Assembly (NCBI RefSeq): GCF_001194135.2
Contig: NC_068981.1
Location: 18,693,792 to 18,733,212 of the forward strand
Origin: Octopus bimaculoides
Lineage: Eukaryota
Length of the DNA stretch: 39,421 nucleotides
Direction: 5' to 3'
Every line of letters starts with the position of its first letter. Position 1 is the stretch's first letter. A program made the translations under genes and the position numbers. The notes beneath the pieces are model-generated. The model searched no databases, had not been told where the DNA came from, and saw only the letters and a list, made by a program, of their open reading frames with translations. Positions 23,373-34,888 of this stretch are shown here, piece after piece.

Positions 23373-23443
<71 letters not shown>

Positions 23444-23478
23444 TTATCTGTCTATCTATCTGTCTATCTGTCTATCTG

Positions 23479-23512
<34 letters not shown>
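23373..23512. repeat. (TATC)n microsatellite followed by a short SINE-body fragment (CGCTTGACAACTGATGTTGGTGTGTTTAC)
   Basis: Direct. Confidence 0.9.
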
Positions 23513-23835
23513 CGTCGCTTGACAACTGATGTTGGTGTGTTTACAGGTGAGGATATATAAACCTCAGAGGGATAGAAATGTCCAAGATTAGACTGGTTGA
23601 ATACCTTATGATATAGGTGCACACATATATTATTATTATCATTATAAAGAGAGATGGAGATAATTTGTTAATACATTGACAAGACCTATATATATGTATA
23701 TATATATATATACGCAATGGAGAGAAAGAGTGAGAGAGAAAGAAGAGAAACCGGGATAGAGAGGTAACGATATAGGGACGATAAATAAATATATTAAAGT
23801 GTAATATATATATCATTGATATTTTAAAAGAATCC

Positions 23836-23869
23836 GCAGTGCAGCGGTGCAGCGGTGCAGCGGTGCAGC
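23836..23869. repeat. (GCAGCGGT)n 8-bp tandem repeat
   Basis: Three perfect units plus partial flanking units. Confidence 0.9.
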
Positions 23870-24417
23870 TACTTTTAATTCGTTCACGGGAGCTGCTTGT
23901 TTCATGTCCGACAATATGCACATTGTTTTTCAGACATGAAATAAATATGCAGTGCAGTGTTTCAAGATCTGTTATAGTGTTACCAACGTAGTCATAGAGT
24001 AATAGAATAATATTATACACAGTTTGTTACCGATTTTCTTCCATACTAGGGATTGCTTAAAGAGTTTGATATATATTACATTCTCACTGCATATTTTCAC
24101 TAATCTTAATAATATAGCCACAATAAAGGCAAAGAGAAGTTAACGTGTATGTTCTTTTAGATAAATGCATGAAAGACTTTCTAGAGGGTGTTTAATTCTT
24201 CACGTCAAGATAAAAATAATAGGAAAGAGCTTTCAAAGAGAAAGCACGTATAACAAAAAATATACATTCCAAGGATGTTCTCTCCTAAGGCTGCACATTC
24301 TCTATCACTTTATGCAAAATTACACAATCTCTCAAAATAAGACGCTTCTGAAAATATGAAATTTAGAATAAAACTCTGTATTTCGTGGTTCTTTGTTAAT
24401 TTCACAACTGCATCATA

Positions 24418-25775
24418 TTCGGTTATCAAGAAAGTTCTTGCGGAATTTTAATTTTTGGTTTTAAATTATGTATTTTCAAATTAATTTTCGTGAAATTACT
24501 TTGATTTTATATATTATATTAAAGCTCGTTTTTCGCTGTATCTAATCATGTTACTCTTTTTCTTTTTGAAGAATTAGGTCTATTTTTCCGGAACGTTGAA
24601 TACAACATGGACAAAAAGTAAATTCGCACAATTTTCTTATTCCAGTTCAAGCTAGGCTGAAAAGCTGCTGAAACAGCTCACGATATCAACGATGCGTTTG
24701 GCCCAGGAACCACTAATGAACCTACAGCACAATGGTGGTTCAAGAAATTTCGTAGCGGTGACCAGAGTCTTGAAGATGATAAGCGTAGTGGTCGGCCATC
24801 GGATGTTGACAACGATCAACTAAGATCCTTAGTCGAAGCCAATCCACGTACAACTGTTCGAGGGCTTGCTTCTGAATTAGACGTAACGTATACGATAATT
24901 TCCAACCACTTGAAAGAGATTGGGAAAACAAAAATACTTGAGAAATGGGTGCCGCACGAACTGAACGACAACCAATGAAAAGAACGCCGTTTTGAAGTGT
25001 CGTCCTCCCTTCTTTTACGCAACAAATACCCGTTTCTCGACCGGATTGTGACTTGCGATGAAAAGTGGATTCTTTATGACAAACGGCGACGCTCAGCTCA
25101 GCGCAGTGGTTGGGCGCCGNNNNNNNNNNNNNNNNNNNNNNNNNNNNNNNNNNNNNNNNNNNNNNNNNNNNNNNNNNNNNNNNNNNNNNNNNNNNNNNNN
25201 NNNNNNNNNNNNNNNNNNNNNNNNNNNNNNNNNNNNNNNNNNNNNNNNNNNNNNNNNNNNNNNNNNNNNNNNNNNNNNNNNNNNNNNNNNNNNNNNNNNN
25301 NNNNNNNNNNNNNNNNNNNNNNNNNNNNNNNNNNNNNNNNNNNNNNNNNNNNNNNNNNNNNNNNNNNNNNNNNNNNNNNNNNNNNNNNNNNNNNNNNNNN
25401 NNNNNNNNNNNNNNNNNNNNNNNNNNNNNNNNNNNNNNNNNNNNNNNNNNNNNNNNNNNNNNNNNNNNNNNNNNNNNNNNNNNNNNNNNNNNNNNNNNNN
25501 NNNNNNNNNNNNNNNNNNNNNNNNNNNNNNNNNNNNNNNNNNNNNNNNNNNNNNNNNNNNNNNNNNNNNNNNNNNNNNNNNNNNNNNNNNNNNNNNNNNN
25601 NNNNNNNNNNNNNACAGGATTTTTACGCTACTGGCATAAATAAACTTGTTTCGCGTTGTCAAAAGTGTGTTGATTCTGATACTGCTTATTTCGATTATTA
25701 AAGTTTTGTTTGAGCCGAGATATGTGCATCTGAATTTAAAGGTTAAAAACCGCAAGAACTTTCTTGATAACCTAA
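24418..25775 (+). mobile_element. Full-length mariner transposon (cecropia/Hsmar1-like), inactive, gap in the middle
   Basis: TIRs TTCGGTTATCAAGAAAGTTCTTGCGG (24418) and CCGCAAGAACTTTCTTGATAACCTAA (25750-25775). TA on both sides; about 1.36 kb. Confidence 0.95.
24607..25701 (+). pseudogene. Mariner transposase pseudogene
   Basis: MDKK*IRTIFLFQFKLG*KAAET...QWWFKKF...WVPHEL...RIVTCDEKWILYD...DFYATGINKL. Has in-frame stops and a 5-bp CTCAG duplication frameshift near 25095. Confidence 0.92.
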
Positions 25776-25828
25776 TAGTTTACAAAATAACGGTGAAATT
25801 TCCATGGGTGCTGCTAGTCTTAACTATT

Positions 25829-25883
<55 letters not shown>

Positions 25884-26269
25884 GTGTGTGTGTGTGTGTG
25901 TGTGTGTGTAAGTGCTATGTATCTGTGTGTGTGGAAACGTAGGTATACGTGTATGGGCATGAACAAGCTATCATACAGGCAAAACTCGAAGTCACTGTCA
26001 GTCCCAAATTCGTAAGAAATTTGACTCCATTCACAGTATGTAAACCTTTTATCGGTAAATGTTTGTTGCTATTGAGTACACACACACATACACATTTGAG
26101 TGTATGTGCGTACGAAAGTATGTATGTTTGTATATATTTATGTGCCTATGTGTGTGTATGAGTACGGAAACATTCCAAGTCTATCAATCCATCGACCTCT
26201 AGTTCTATCTCGCTCTTCATACGTACATATGTGTATATATATACATACATAGATACATACGTACATACA

Positions 26270-26344
<75 letters not shown>

Positions 26345-26784
26345 TAATATGTATGTGTGTGTAAATCCAAATATGGGTGTGTGTGTGTGTGTACATGATA
26401 TATTTTGTTCATAAGCACAACGTATATAATCACAGCATTAAAAGTGCTGTTTGGTAGTGGAACAATCTAAATATTTGATAGCTTGCGAAACAAATTAGTA
26501 CTGGAGAAAATACAACAACACTAACAACCACAACAACAACAATAACAACCACAAAACAAACAAGACAAAATTTGCAGTTACTTCGCCGTTAGGAAGCTGA
26601 AGACAACATTAGTTGAGTGTAGCCATTACTTCAGTTCCAGCGAAGATGCCAGCGTCGTTACTAGCAAACAATGCAGTAGGATATTTCCTTTGAGATAACT
26701 ACTTGTTATGCTACCTAATCTGTTGGTAAAAACATAAAAGAATAATATATAAAAAAAGAAATAAAATGCAATCATGTGACTGAC

Positions 26785-26802
26785 CTTGTTTTAATCTTGA
26801 GA
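26785..26802 (-). CDS. Candidate 18-nt micro-exon
   Basis: Strong acceptor (TTTTTTTATTTCGTCCTCCATTAG) and donor (AAG|GTCAGT). Open only in phases 1 and 2; phase 0 gives SQD*. Confidence 0.35.
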
Positions 26803-27455
26803 CTAATGGAGGACGAAATAAAAAAATAAAAGTTTGCCCACGGAAGATTTTTTTTTCAAGGAAATTAAACTTTTACATCAATTGACATATACGAAGACAG
26901 TTTAGTTTAGAATTTAATTTTCTAAATTCCTATTTTAACAGGTCAAAACACTGTGAAGAAATATTTTGGGTTTTTTCTTGTGTGTGTGTATTGTGTTGGT
27001 TTCTTTTTCTTAGTTATGATATTTTTTTTTGTGTTGTGGTTTTGTACTATATCTTTTGAACCATGCAACTTGCCGTCAAACAAGAGAATTTGTATTTCTA
27101 TCCATCATTGATAGTTTAGCGGCGGTGGTGGTGGTAGTGGTGGTGGTGGGTAGAGTGATGTTTTTGTGGTGTTATGAGGGGGTGTGTTCTTCAAAAGAAA
27201 TAAGAGATCTAACAAGGAAGGAAGAAAGCAAAAGAAAAATAAATCAGAAAATTTCAGAAAAATAAAAGCCAAACAAACAAAATGATATTTCCTGTTATAA
27301 ACAGAACTGTAATTATAGAAAACAAGAAAAGCAAGTAAGAAATTGAAATGTAAGTATACATAAGTAAATGAACACAAGATGTCTGCGAATAATGGTAAAT
27401 GTTGTGGATAGATAAGAAATCGGAGCTATGAGATGGCTTGTACAGAGCTACCTAC

Positions 27456-27557
27456 CTCACATATGGCTTTCGTTAGATCATTTTCGTCTTTATTCCATTG
27501 CTGCTTATATTTCATAATTTCACATGCAAGCAGCTGTTCAACTGTTTTTTGTTCTTT
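27456..27557 (-). CDS. Internal coding exon of an unidentified host gene: KEQKTVEQLLACEIMKYKQQWNKDENDLTKAICE
   Basis: Acceptor CTTATGTTTGTTTTTAG, donor GAG|GTAGGT, 102 nt, open in phase 0-0, charged helical peptide. Confidence 0.75.
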
Positions 27558-28088
27558 CTAAAAACAAACATAAGACAAAATTGGTGGATTAGCTGATCCA
27601 TCTGTTTTCATTCCTTTTCTTTCAACATTTTCAGTTAAAAGAAAAGCCTAAAATTTTGTCAAATTCCTAGCTTACACCGAACTTTCAAAATCTTTCTAGG
27701 TCAATTTGGTTCAGTGACAGCGTAAAGATGTAACGTTTCTTTCTAGTCTCTATTCAACTCGGTACATAAATGCGGTGATATGAGACTTAGCAAACATGTA
27801 AAAAAAAAAAAAGAAAAAAAGGCTCTGTTGAGAAGAGCTTAGCCGCCATTGAACTAATTTTGGTGTATGGTTAGAATCGCGGTTAATCGCCATTTCAGTT
27901 GCGTTTACGATGGGAATTGAGGCCTCATTTACATATTTCTCTATTAACCTCTAATTATGACATCTCAAGACTATTAATTAAATAATTTATGCTTCATATT
28001 GAGTCTGCGACTAAAATGTTTTAAAGGACAGATCGTAGCTTCTAAACAGCAATAAAACGTTTTGTTTCTGGAGGCCAGTTACATATAC

Positions 28089-28106
28089 CTCTGCAGGTAA
28101 TGCAAA
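28089..28106 (-). CDS. Candidate 18-nt micro-exon (FALPAE)
   Basis: ATATTTTAG acceptor, GAG|GTATAT donor, phase 0-0 compatible with its neighbours. Short enough to be chance. Confidence 0.2.
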
Positions 28107-28199
28107 CTAAAATATTATAAAGATCGTTGAAATATTTTGTTGTAGATTATTTTGTATGTCACTTCTATTTTTTAACTATTATAAATCCTTCACTGCGGA

Positions 28200-29612
28200 G
28201 GCAGCCGATTTCCAACAAAGATACAACGCTCTATCTTTGGAATGTAGTTAACACAGACAAATTGGAACTTTAGAAAAGTCTTGCATATGTTTACTGTTCC
28301 GCTGACCGATTGCACTTGTAATGTACGAATTAGCCTTTTTATTATGAGAGGCTAATGCTTCTACTATATTGTGGGTTCTTATTTCTTTGTCCTCGGGATA
28401 ATCTTTTCGACGGATTTCATTATAGAGTGTCCTAGCTATAAACGTCATGACTCATCGGTAGATAATACCGTGATGACGTTTTGGGACAACTGCTTATGAT
28501 GTGGGTGATATCTTCAGTGTGAACTCCACAAAGTCTACATTGGTTGTCACAAAGTCTGCATCGGCTGCTTTTCCTGCATCTCTATCTCTTTTGGGCATCG
28601 GGTACTTGGTTGATATTTCCTGTTCTTGGATTGCAAACGCATACCCCTCAAAGTGGGAGGTAGCAATCCGGCTATTCGTCCATGATAAACTGCTTTGATG
28701 ATCAATTTACTATCATCACGGAGTTTCTACTAACATATCCATACATAGTCTTCTGCTCATATACGCTCTTCCTTTCATCTGATGATACGTTCTCTGGGCA
28801 TGTATTCTAGGTTATCAAAGAGTTGCTCAATGAGCTGCCTTGCAAGTTTTATGATGTTATCAGTCTCATGTATGCAAACTTGGTCAAGAGATGCACTTCG
28901 ACAATTAGTTGCTAAAAGATGTTGGTGAAGGAATATGATGCGACATTCTAAGGCATTTTGGATCGATGTTAAGCCTCTGCCGCCTTGTTTTCGTTTTCGG
29001 TAGACGTGGTTTACGTCACTGTTTATGTGGAAATTATGTGTACTTGTTAGTATTTTTAGGGTTTTCATATCAATGGCTCGGATCTCATCAAGCGTCCAAT
29101 CAAGCAGCCCAAATGTTAGTATGAGTACTGGCACTGCAAAAACATTGTGGGCCACTGTATTATTAAATGCTGTAAGTTCTGAGGTCCAAAGTTACTTTAT
29201 TCGGCTGTAGTATTCTTTAGTGACACGTGTTTTGTTACAGGTGCCATTATAGGATATGTTTTCATCCATTCCTAGATACCTATAATATTCCTCGTCAGAT
29301 ACAGGGGAAACAGTCAAATCATTGATGAAGATGTTGCTAGTCTGGTTTATAGTCTTCCCCCTTTTCACAACCATATAACAACACTTACCCTGACCAAACT
29401 CCAACCCTACATCTTTTGAGAATGTTGTAATTAGGCCAAAGCTTTTTTTCATTTCATGCATGTTTATTGTATAAAGTTTCAAGTCATCCACAAAGAATCT
29501 GTGTAATTTTGGTATTTCTGTTTCCTTGCGACTCAGTGAGATATCCTTCAGACTTCCTTAACATGAATGACAAGTGATTCGCAGATAGCATAAACATCAC
29601 AGAGAGGCTGTC
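28200..29612 (-). mobile_element. R4/Dong-clade non-LTR retrotransposon, 5' truncated
   Basis: FVDDLKLY, EFGQGKC, YRYLG, FAVPVLILTFGLLDW, RKQGGRGL, zinc knuckle CRLCGVHTEDITHIISSC, C-terminal SVSGTVNICKTFLKF. Confidence 0.92.
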
Positions 29613-29835
29613 TCATATATGCATGTGTGTATGTATGTTAAACTGAAATTTTAGTCACTCTGTTTCCACGTACAAACACATATACTTCGCTTGCTTAGAC
29701 TTTCTTCACATACTGTTTATATATATATATATAAACATCCTTTAATTATACATACGTGCATACACACACACACACACACACANNNNNNNNNNNNNNNNNN
29801 NNNNNNNNNNNNNNNNNNNNNNNNNNNNNNNNNNN

Positions 29836-29945
29836 AAGCAAATTCTACTCACAAACCTTGGTCTGCCCAACTTTGAGTTAGAAGACACCTTCCCAAGGTA
29901 ACGCAGAACGATGTAAATGTGCCGCAAACTTCTTAACAACTCTAG
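29836..29945 (-). mobile_element. Decayed head of the GGCGCAGGAGTGGCTG SINE family
   Basis: Reverse complement: ...GCGTTACCTTGGGAAGGTGTCTTCTA...GACCAAGGTTTGTGAGTAGAATTTG, next to a (CA)n gap. Confidence 0.65.
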
Positions 29946-31141
29946 CCATGCCAACACCTTCAAATAATTTGAAGCTATTAAATCCTAAATTCATATTTTC
30001 AAAATTAATTAGTTGGAAGAGATCCTTCTGGGCATATGAGATTAGTTTGGTTAAAGTCAGGCTTCACCCTTTTCATAGCAATCTACTCATGAATTCGTCT
30101 ATTTTTATAATGCAAACCATCAGTTTTAAAGTGGTCTAAACGTAAACCTTTCATCAACATTTCATGTTAATAGCAAAGTTATTTTACAAAATTCTTTATT
30201 ATTTTCGAAATTAACAAAAACAAAGGCTGAGTATATTTGCATAGTCTGTTGTCTGTGAAAAATAGGTGAAATGGGAAGTTTGATATTCCGGAAAATGGTT
30301 GGTATACGAACTATAGTGAAAGGCAAGGCAGAATGGGTGATTACACTGAGAAGCATGGGTTGCCAGCTTGTACTCAGGGAATAGCAGGTATTATGCAGTT
30401 AGCCAACTCTGAAGAGAAGACAATTATAGTTACTGCAGAATAGGCAGCCCAAGAAGACATCGACTGTATGAGATGGATACTGGAATCTCTTTCAAGTAAA
30501 TCTTTGCCATTCTGCCAAATGACTTGTTTTGGGATCACCTCTAGCGTATAGTAGGTTGCATAATTTCTCTTAAATTTATATTATCAAGAGTGCAATGGTT
30601 GTAGATTAGTTCTAGATATCTTATACACACGCACATATACATACAAACACACGTATTTAACTATAAAAGCATATATAGCTTTTACTAAACTGAACAGGAA
30701 TGGAAGCCAAATAGGTCAACATTTCCATTCTTTGAGTGTCAAACCCGCATGTTATCTTTCGAGGTTAAAACCTGAAAATTATTTTATAGAAATACTAGAA
30801 ATGTATTCTTATATAGAATTAATAAAACTGACGAGTTTACTTCTTGCTGCAGTTATTGTATTCTGCTACCTTTGTACTGCGGTTGGCATTATAGAGATTA
30901 TACATTTCGAAAAATATTTCTGCCAATTGGCAAATGTTAACATTTACAAAATACCCAACCCTTTATGGTTTAGAAAATGAAGACATAGACACATCATATG
31001 TGTGTGTGTGTCTGCATACACACACACACACACACACATATATATATGTATGTATCTGTGTGTGTGCGTGTGGGTGTATGTGTATGAATGTATATCCATG
31101 TGTATGGATATATCCATATATATACACACACGCATACACAC

Positions 31142-31182
<41 letters not shown>

Positions 31183-31391
31183 GTGTGTATGTATGTATTG
31201 CGTGAGTGTCTGTATGTATGAATATTGATATAAGAAGTGCGTGGCATTAAGATACATAGAGTGTGTGTTTTCAATAAAGACACAGTTTAAACTTAGCTTT
31301 GCAAAGTTTATATTGTAGTTCTGTCAGGTTTCTCTCTCAGCGGCCAGGAGAGACTTGAAAGTTAATCGACTCGGTTAGTTTTAGCATTTAC

Positions 31392-31424
31392 TTCTGATTC
31401 ATCAGAGATCGGTTCTTCATTTTC
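31392..31424 (-). CDS. Coding exon ENEEPISDESE (if terminal, it reads on VNAKTNRVD* to 31362)
   Basis: Acceptor CTCCTGTTTTCTCTTGATCAG, donor GAA|GTAAAT, 33 nt, phase 0. In phase with the exon 130 nt upstream. Confidence 0.55.
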
Positions 31425-31554
31425 CTGATCAAGAGAAAACAGGAGCTTATATCTACCATCTCGGTCAGAATTAAGCTGATCCGCATTAATTTGTATAAAG
31501 TGGAATCGTTGTCAACGTCATCGAAGGAACGAACATTTAACTACACAAGCTTAC

Positions 31555-31595
31555 GATAGAGATGTGTTTTCTGTAAACACGTGATTTTAATTCTG
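31555..31595 (-). CDS. Coding exon (x)ELKSRVYRKHISI
   Basis: Acceptor CTACTTGCTACTATCTTTCGCAG, donor ATC|GTAAGC, 41 nt, phase 1 to 0. Confidence 0.55.
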
Positions 31596-31705
31596 CTGCG
31601 AAAGATAGTAGCAAGTAGTTAATCCACAAAATTTCTCTCTCAGGTCAAGTAAAGAAGATCAACCAAATTAATTTCAGCGTATATTAATTACATCATCAAT
31701 AATTA

Positions 31706-32121
31706 GGCGTAGGAGTGGCTGTGTGGTAAGTGGCTTGCTTACCAACCACATTATTCCAGGTTCAGTCCCACTGTGTGGCGCCTTGGACAAATGTCTTCTA
31801 CTATAGCCTCGGACTGACCAAAGCCTTGTGAGTGGATTTGGTAGACGGAAACTGAAAGAAGCCCGTCGTATATATGTATATATATATATGTATATATATG
31901 TATGTTTGTGTGTCTGTGTTTGTACCCCCAACATCACTTGACAACCAATGGTGGTGTGTTTACGTCCCCGTAACTTAGCGGTTCGGCAAAAAGTGACCGA
32001 TAGAATAAGTACTAGGTTTACAAAGAAAAAGTCCTGGGGTCGAGTTGCTCGATTAAAGGCAGTGCTCCAGCATGGCCGCAGTCAAATGACTGAAACAAGT
32101 AAAAGAGTAAAAAGTAAAGAG
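31706..32121 (+). mobile_element. Full-length tRNA-derived SINE (GGCGCAGGAGTGGCTG family), copy A
   Basis: A box TGGCTGTGTGGTAAG, B box GGTTCAGTCCC, internal (TA)/(TG) tract, (GTAAAAGA)n tail. Possible TSD TAATTA (31700-31705 and 32122-32127). Confidence 0.9.
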
Positions 32122-32849
32122 TAATTAGTTGGCTCATTTTCCCTGACCACAGGCAGAATAGTCGCGTATACCATTTTTTAATTATCTTTTTGGAAGTCCC
32201 TCACGACAAAATGGCAAGAAACGATCTGAGACAGTTATTTAAAGTGTTGGGGAGTTACAAGAGAAAAGGACAGAAATCTAACGAGAAGAATATAACACGA
32301 TCAATGCAAGGTTTTAAAGAATTGACATGATATTTATCTGACAAGCAAAAAGAATTAGAGTTCGATGAGACATGTTAAAGAAACTATTAAAGCAGAATCA
32401 CTTCTTACAAGAGGAGGACAGTAACAGCGAAAATATGACAAATAGAGGAAAGAGAACTCATACGCTTAGTAACTTTAGGAAGATATACAAAACTTAGTTC
32501 GGCAAAACAATGACCATGGAAGTTTGTATACAATAGAGCTACAGGAACGATGTTCTAGCTCTGTTACCCATCTCACTGTTGGTTCAATCTCTGCTTTGGC
32601 TATTATGTATCTCCCAGGCAAACATCGATTAGTCTGCTTCGTTCAAACTATCAAACTGTGGTTAGACACTACGCATACGTCAGAGCTGACTAGAGAATGG
32701 TAAATGTATTTCCCTTTGCAAAAATGTTTCTTCCTGTAAGTTATATGCAAATATTCAAATATTCGATAGAACATTCCAGCTGAGCCGTCAGAGGAAAATC
32801 AATGGAAAACATCGATGTAAATTATAGAAGTAAAATTCTCTTCACAAAT

Positions 32850-34165
32850 AAATGGTTGTAGACACAGAAGCTACCTGTAGACATATATCTAGAAGTAAAA
32901 AGAGCATCTTGATGTAAATAGAACATCAAGGTACAGTAAGGAGATCTAATAGTACAGAGATCTGGTTGTAGATAGAAAATAACTACAAAGAGGAAATGTA
33001 GTTGTGGACAGGGTGTGTTACTGTAGACGGAGCATGTAGTTGTAGATAGGGCATGTTGCTGTAGCTAGGGCATGTAGCTGTAGAGAAAGCATACAGCTAG
33101 TACAGCTGTTTACTAGACATAGCTGTAGATACGAAATGTCGCTATGGACAGGGCATGACACTGTAGACAGAGCGTGTAGCCATAGACTGAACATCTAGTT
33201 GTGGACAGTGCATGTGGCAGTAAACAGCATGTATCTGTAGAAAGAATATAGTTGTAGATAGAACATGTAGCTCTGGTCAGGCCATCTAGCTATAGATAGA
33301 GCATATAGCTGTGGACAGGATATGCATCTGTAGACGAAATATGTTGTTGTAGATAATAGATGTAAAGAAGGCGCAGGAGTGGCTGTGTGGTAAGGAGCTT
33401 GCTTACCAGCCACATGGTTCCAGGTTCAGTCCCACTGCGTGGCACCTTCGTCAAGTGTCTTCTACTAGAGCCTCAGGCCGACCAAAGCCTTCTGAGTGGA
33501 TTTGGTAGACGGAAATTGAAAGAAGCCCGTCGTCTATATGTATATATATGTGTGCGTGTGTGTTTGTGAGTCTGTGTTTGTCTCCCCCCCCCCACCAACA
33601 TTGCTTGACAACCGATGCTGGTGTGTTTACGTCCCCGTAACTTAGCGGTTCAGCAAAAAAGACCGATAGAATAAGTACTAAGCTTGCAAAGAATAAGTTC
33701 TGGGGTCGATTTGCTCGAGTAAAGGCGGTGCTCCAGCATGGCCGCAGTCAAATGACTGAAACAAGTAAAAGAGTAAAAAAGTAAGGCATGTTGGACTGTT
33801 AACTACACACTTGGCAACTAGCTATAGATAGGGCGTCTCGTTTTAGATGTAACAAGCAGCTGTGGGTAAAAAGTCTTTTTTTTTTAATATTACATTGCTA
33901 TTGATAAAACCTGGAGCTGTAGACAACACATCCAGCTGAAGACAGGACACCCATCTAGAAATAAGGTCAATTAGCTGCCGATGGGATATGCACATGTAGA
34001 TAGGCCAGGTGGTTGTAGATATGGCAAACTGTTGTGTGGAGTATATGTAGAAATAGACAGAACATCTGGCCGTTGACGGAGCAGCTATGTATAAATATAG
34101 CAGGCATGTATAAAGAGAGATAGCAGTTGTGGACAGGGTGTCTAGATGTAAATAGATCGTATACA
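32850..34165. repeat. Degenerate 19-bp minisatellite (GTAGAYAGRGCATGTAGCT-like), split by SINE copy B
   Basis: Consecutive 19-nt units such as GTAGACGGAGCATGTAGTT, GTAGATAGGGCATGTTGCT, GTAGCTAGGGCATGTAGCT. The pattern resumes after 33784. Confidence 0.8.
33370..33784 (+). mobile_element. Full-length SINE, copy B
   Basis: Aligns end to end with copy A. Confidence 0.92.
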
Positions 34166-34353
34166 TATGTAAACTGAGTATATAATATACAGCTTAGTAA
34201 TTTACACAGCTTAAATTTAGCAGTCTTTTCTCATAAACGCTGTGCATGGCATTTGAATTCAAAACTTGAATGTATAGATAGAGGTTGACACATTTCTCTT
34301 GCCGGTCGGGATACATGTTAGCCTCAAGGCTATTGATATCTATCTATAGGAAT

Positions 34354-34416
34354 ATTCCCCTGACGACACGAATGGGTCCCTTAATTGGCTCCTAACGTCG
34401 AAATTGCAATGGGAAT
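34354..34416 (+). ncRNA. Degenerate type I hammerhead ribozyme motif
   Basis: AUUCCC-CUGACGA-(33-nt imperfect hairpin)-GAAA-UUGCAAU-GGGAAU. Stem I 6 of 6 pairs, palindromic AUUGCAAU, cleavage-site nucleotide missing. Confidence 0.55.
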
Positions 34417-34673
34417 TTACCAGTTATTTTTAAGTTGTGGATTCTATTTGCCATGTCGCTCGCAGACTGCTTTTATCGTGAAGAAGAATACTATGAGTGA
34501 TAAAAATGGCTTTATAGCGGTTTGCATTGCTATTTCTAAACATTTAAGGGTTTTGAAACCCTCTTAATTATAATTGTAACTCGTTCATATTTATAAACAT
34601 TCTTCTTGTATGTATTTTATGATAACATGTTTGGCCATTGATATATTCATAAATAATTATTAATTGTTTATAA

Positions 34674-34832
34674 CGAGTGTCTGTGTGGTAAGTAGGTTGC
34701 TTACCATCCACATGGTTCCGGGTTCATTCCCATTGCGTGGCACCTTGGGCATGTGTCTTCTACTAAAGCCTCGGGCCGACCAAAGCCTTGTGAGTGGATT
34801 TCGTAGACAGAAAATGAAAGAAACCCGGCGTA

Positions 34833-34888
<56 letters not shown>

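Noticed and set aside
31706-31780. tRNA-like A and B boxes
   Set aside because: No cloverleaf; these are SINE heads, not tRNA genes.
34421-34490. Minus-strand 70-nt pseudo-exon with good splice sites
   Set aside because: Stops in all three frames.
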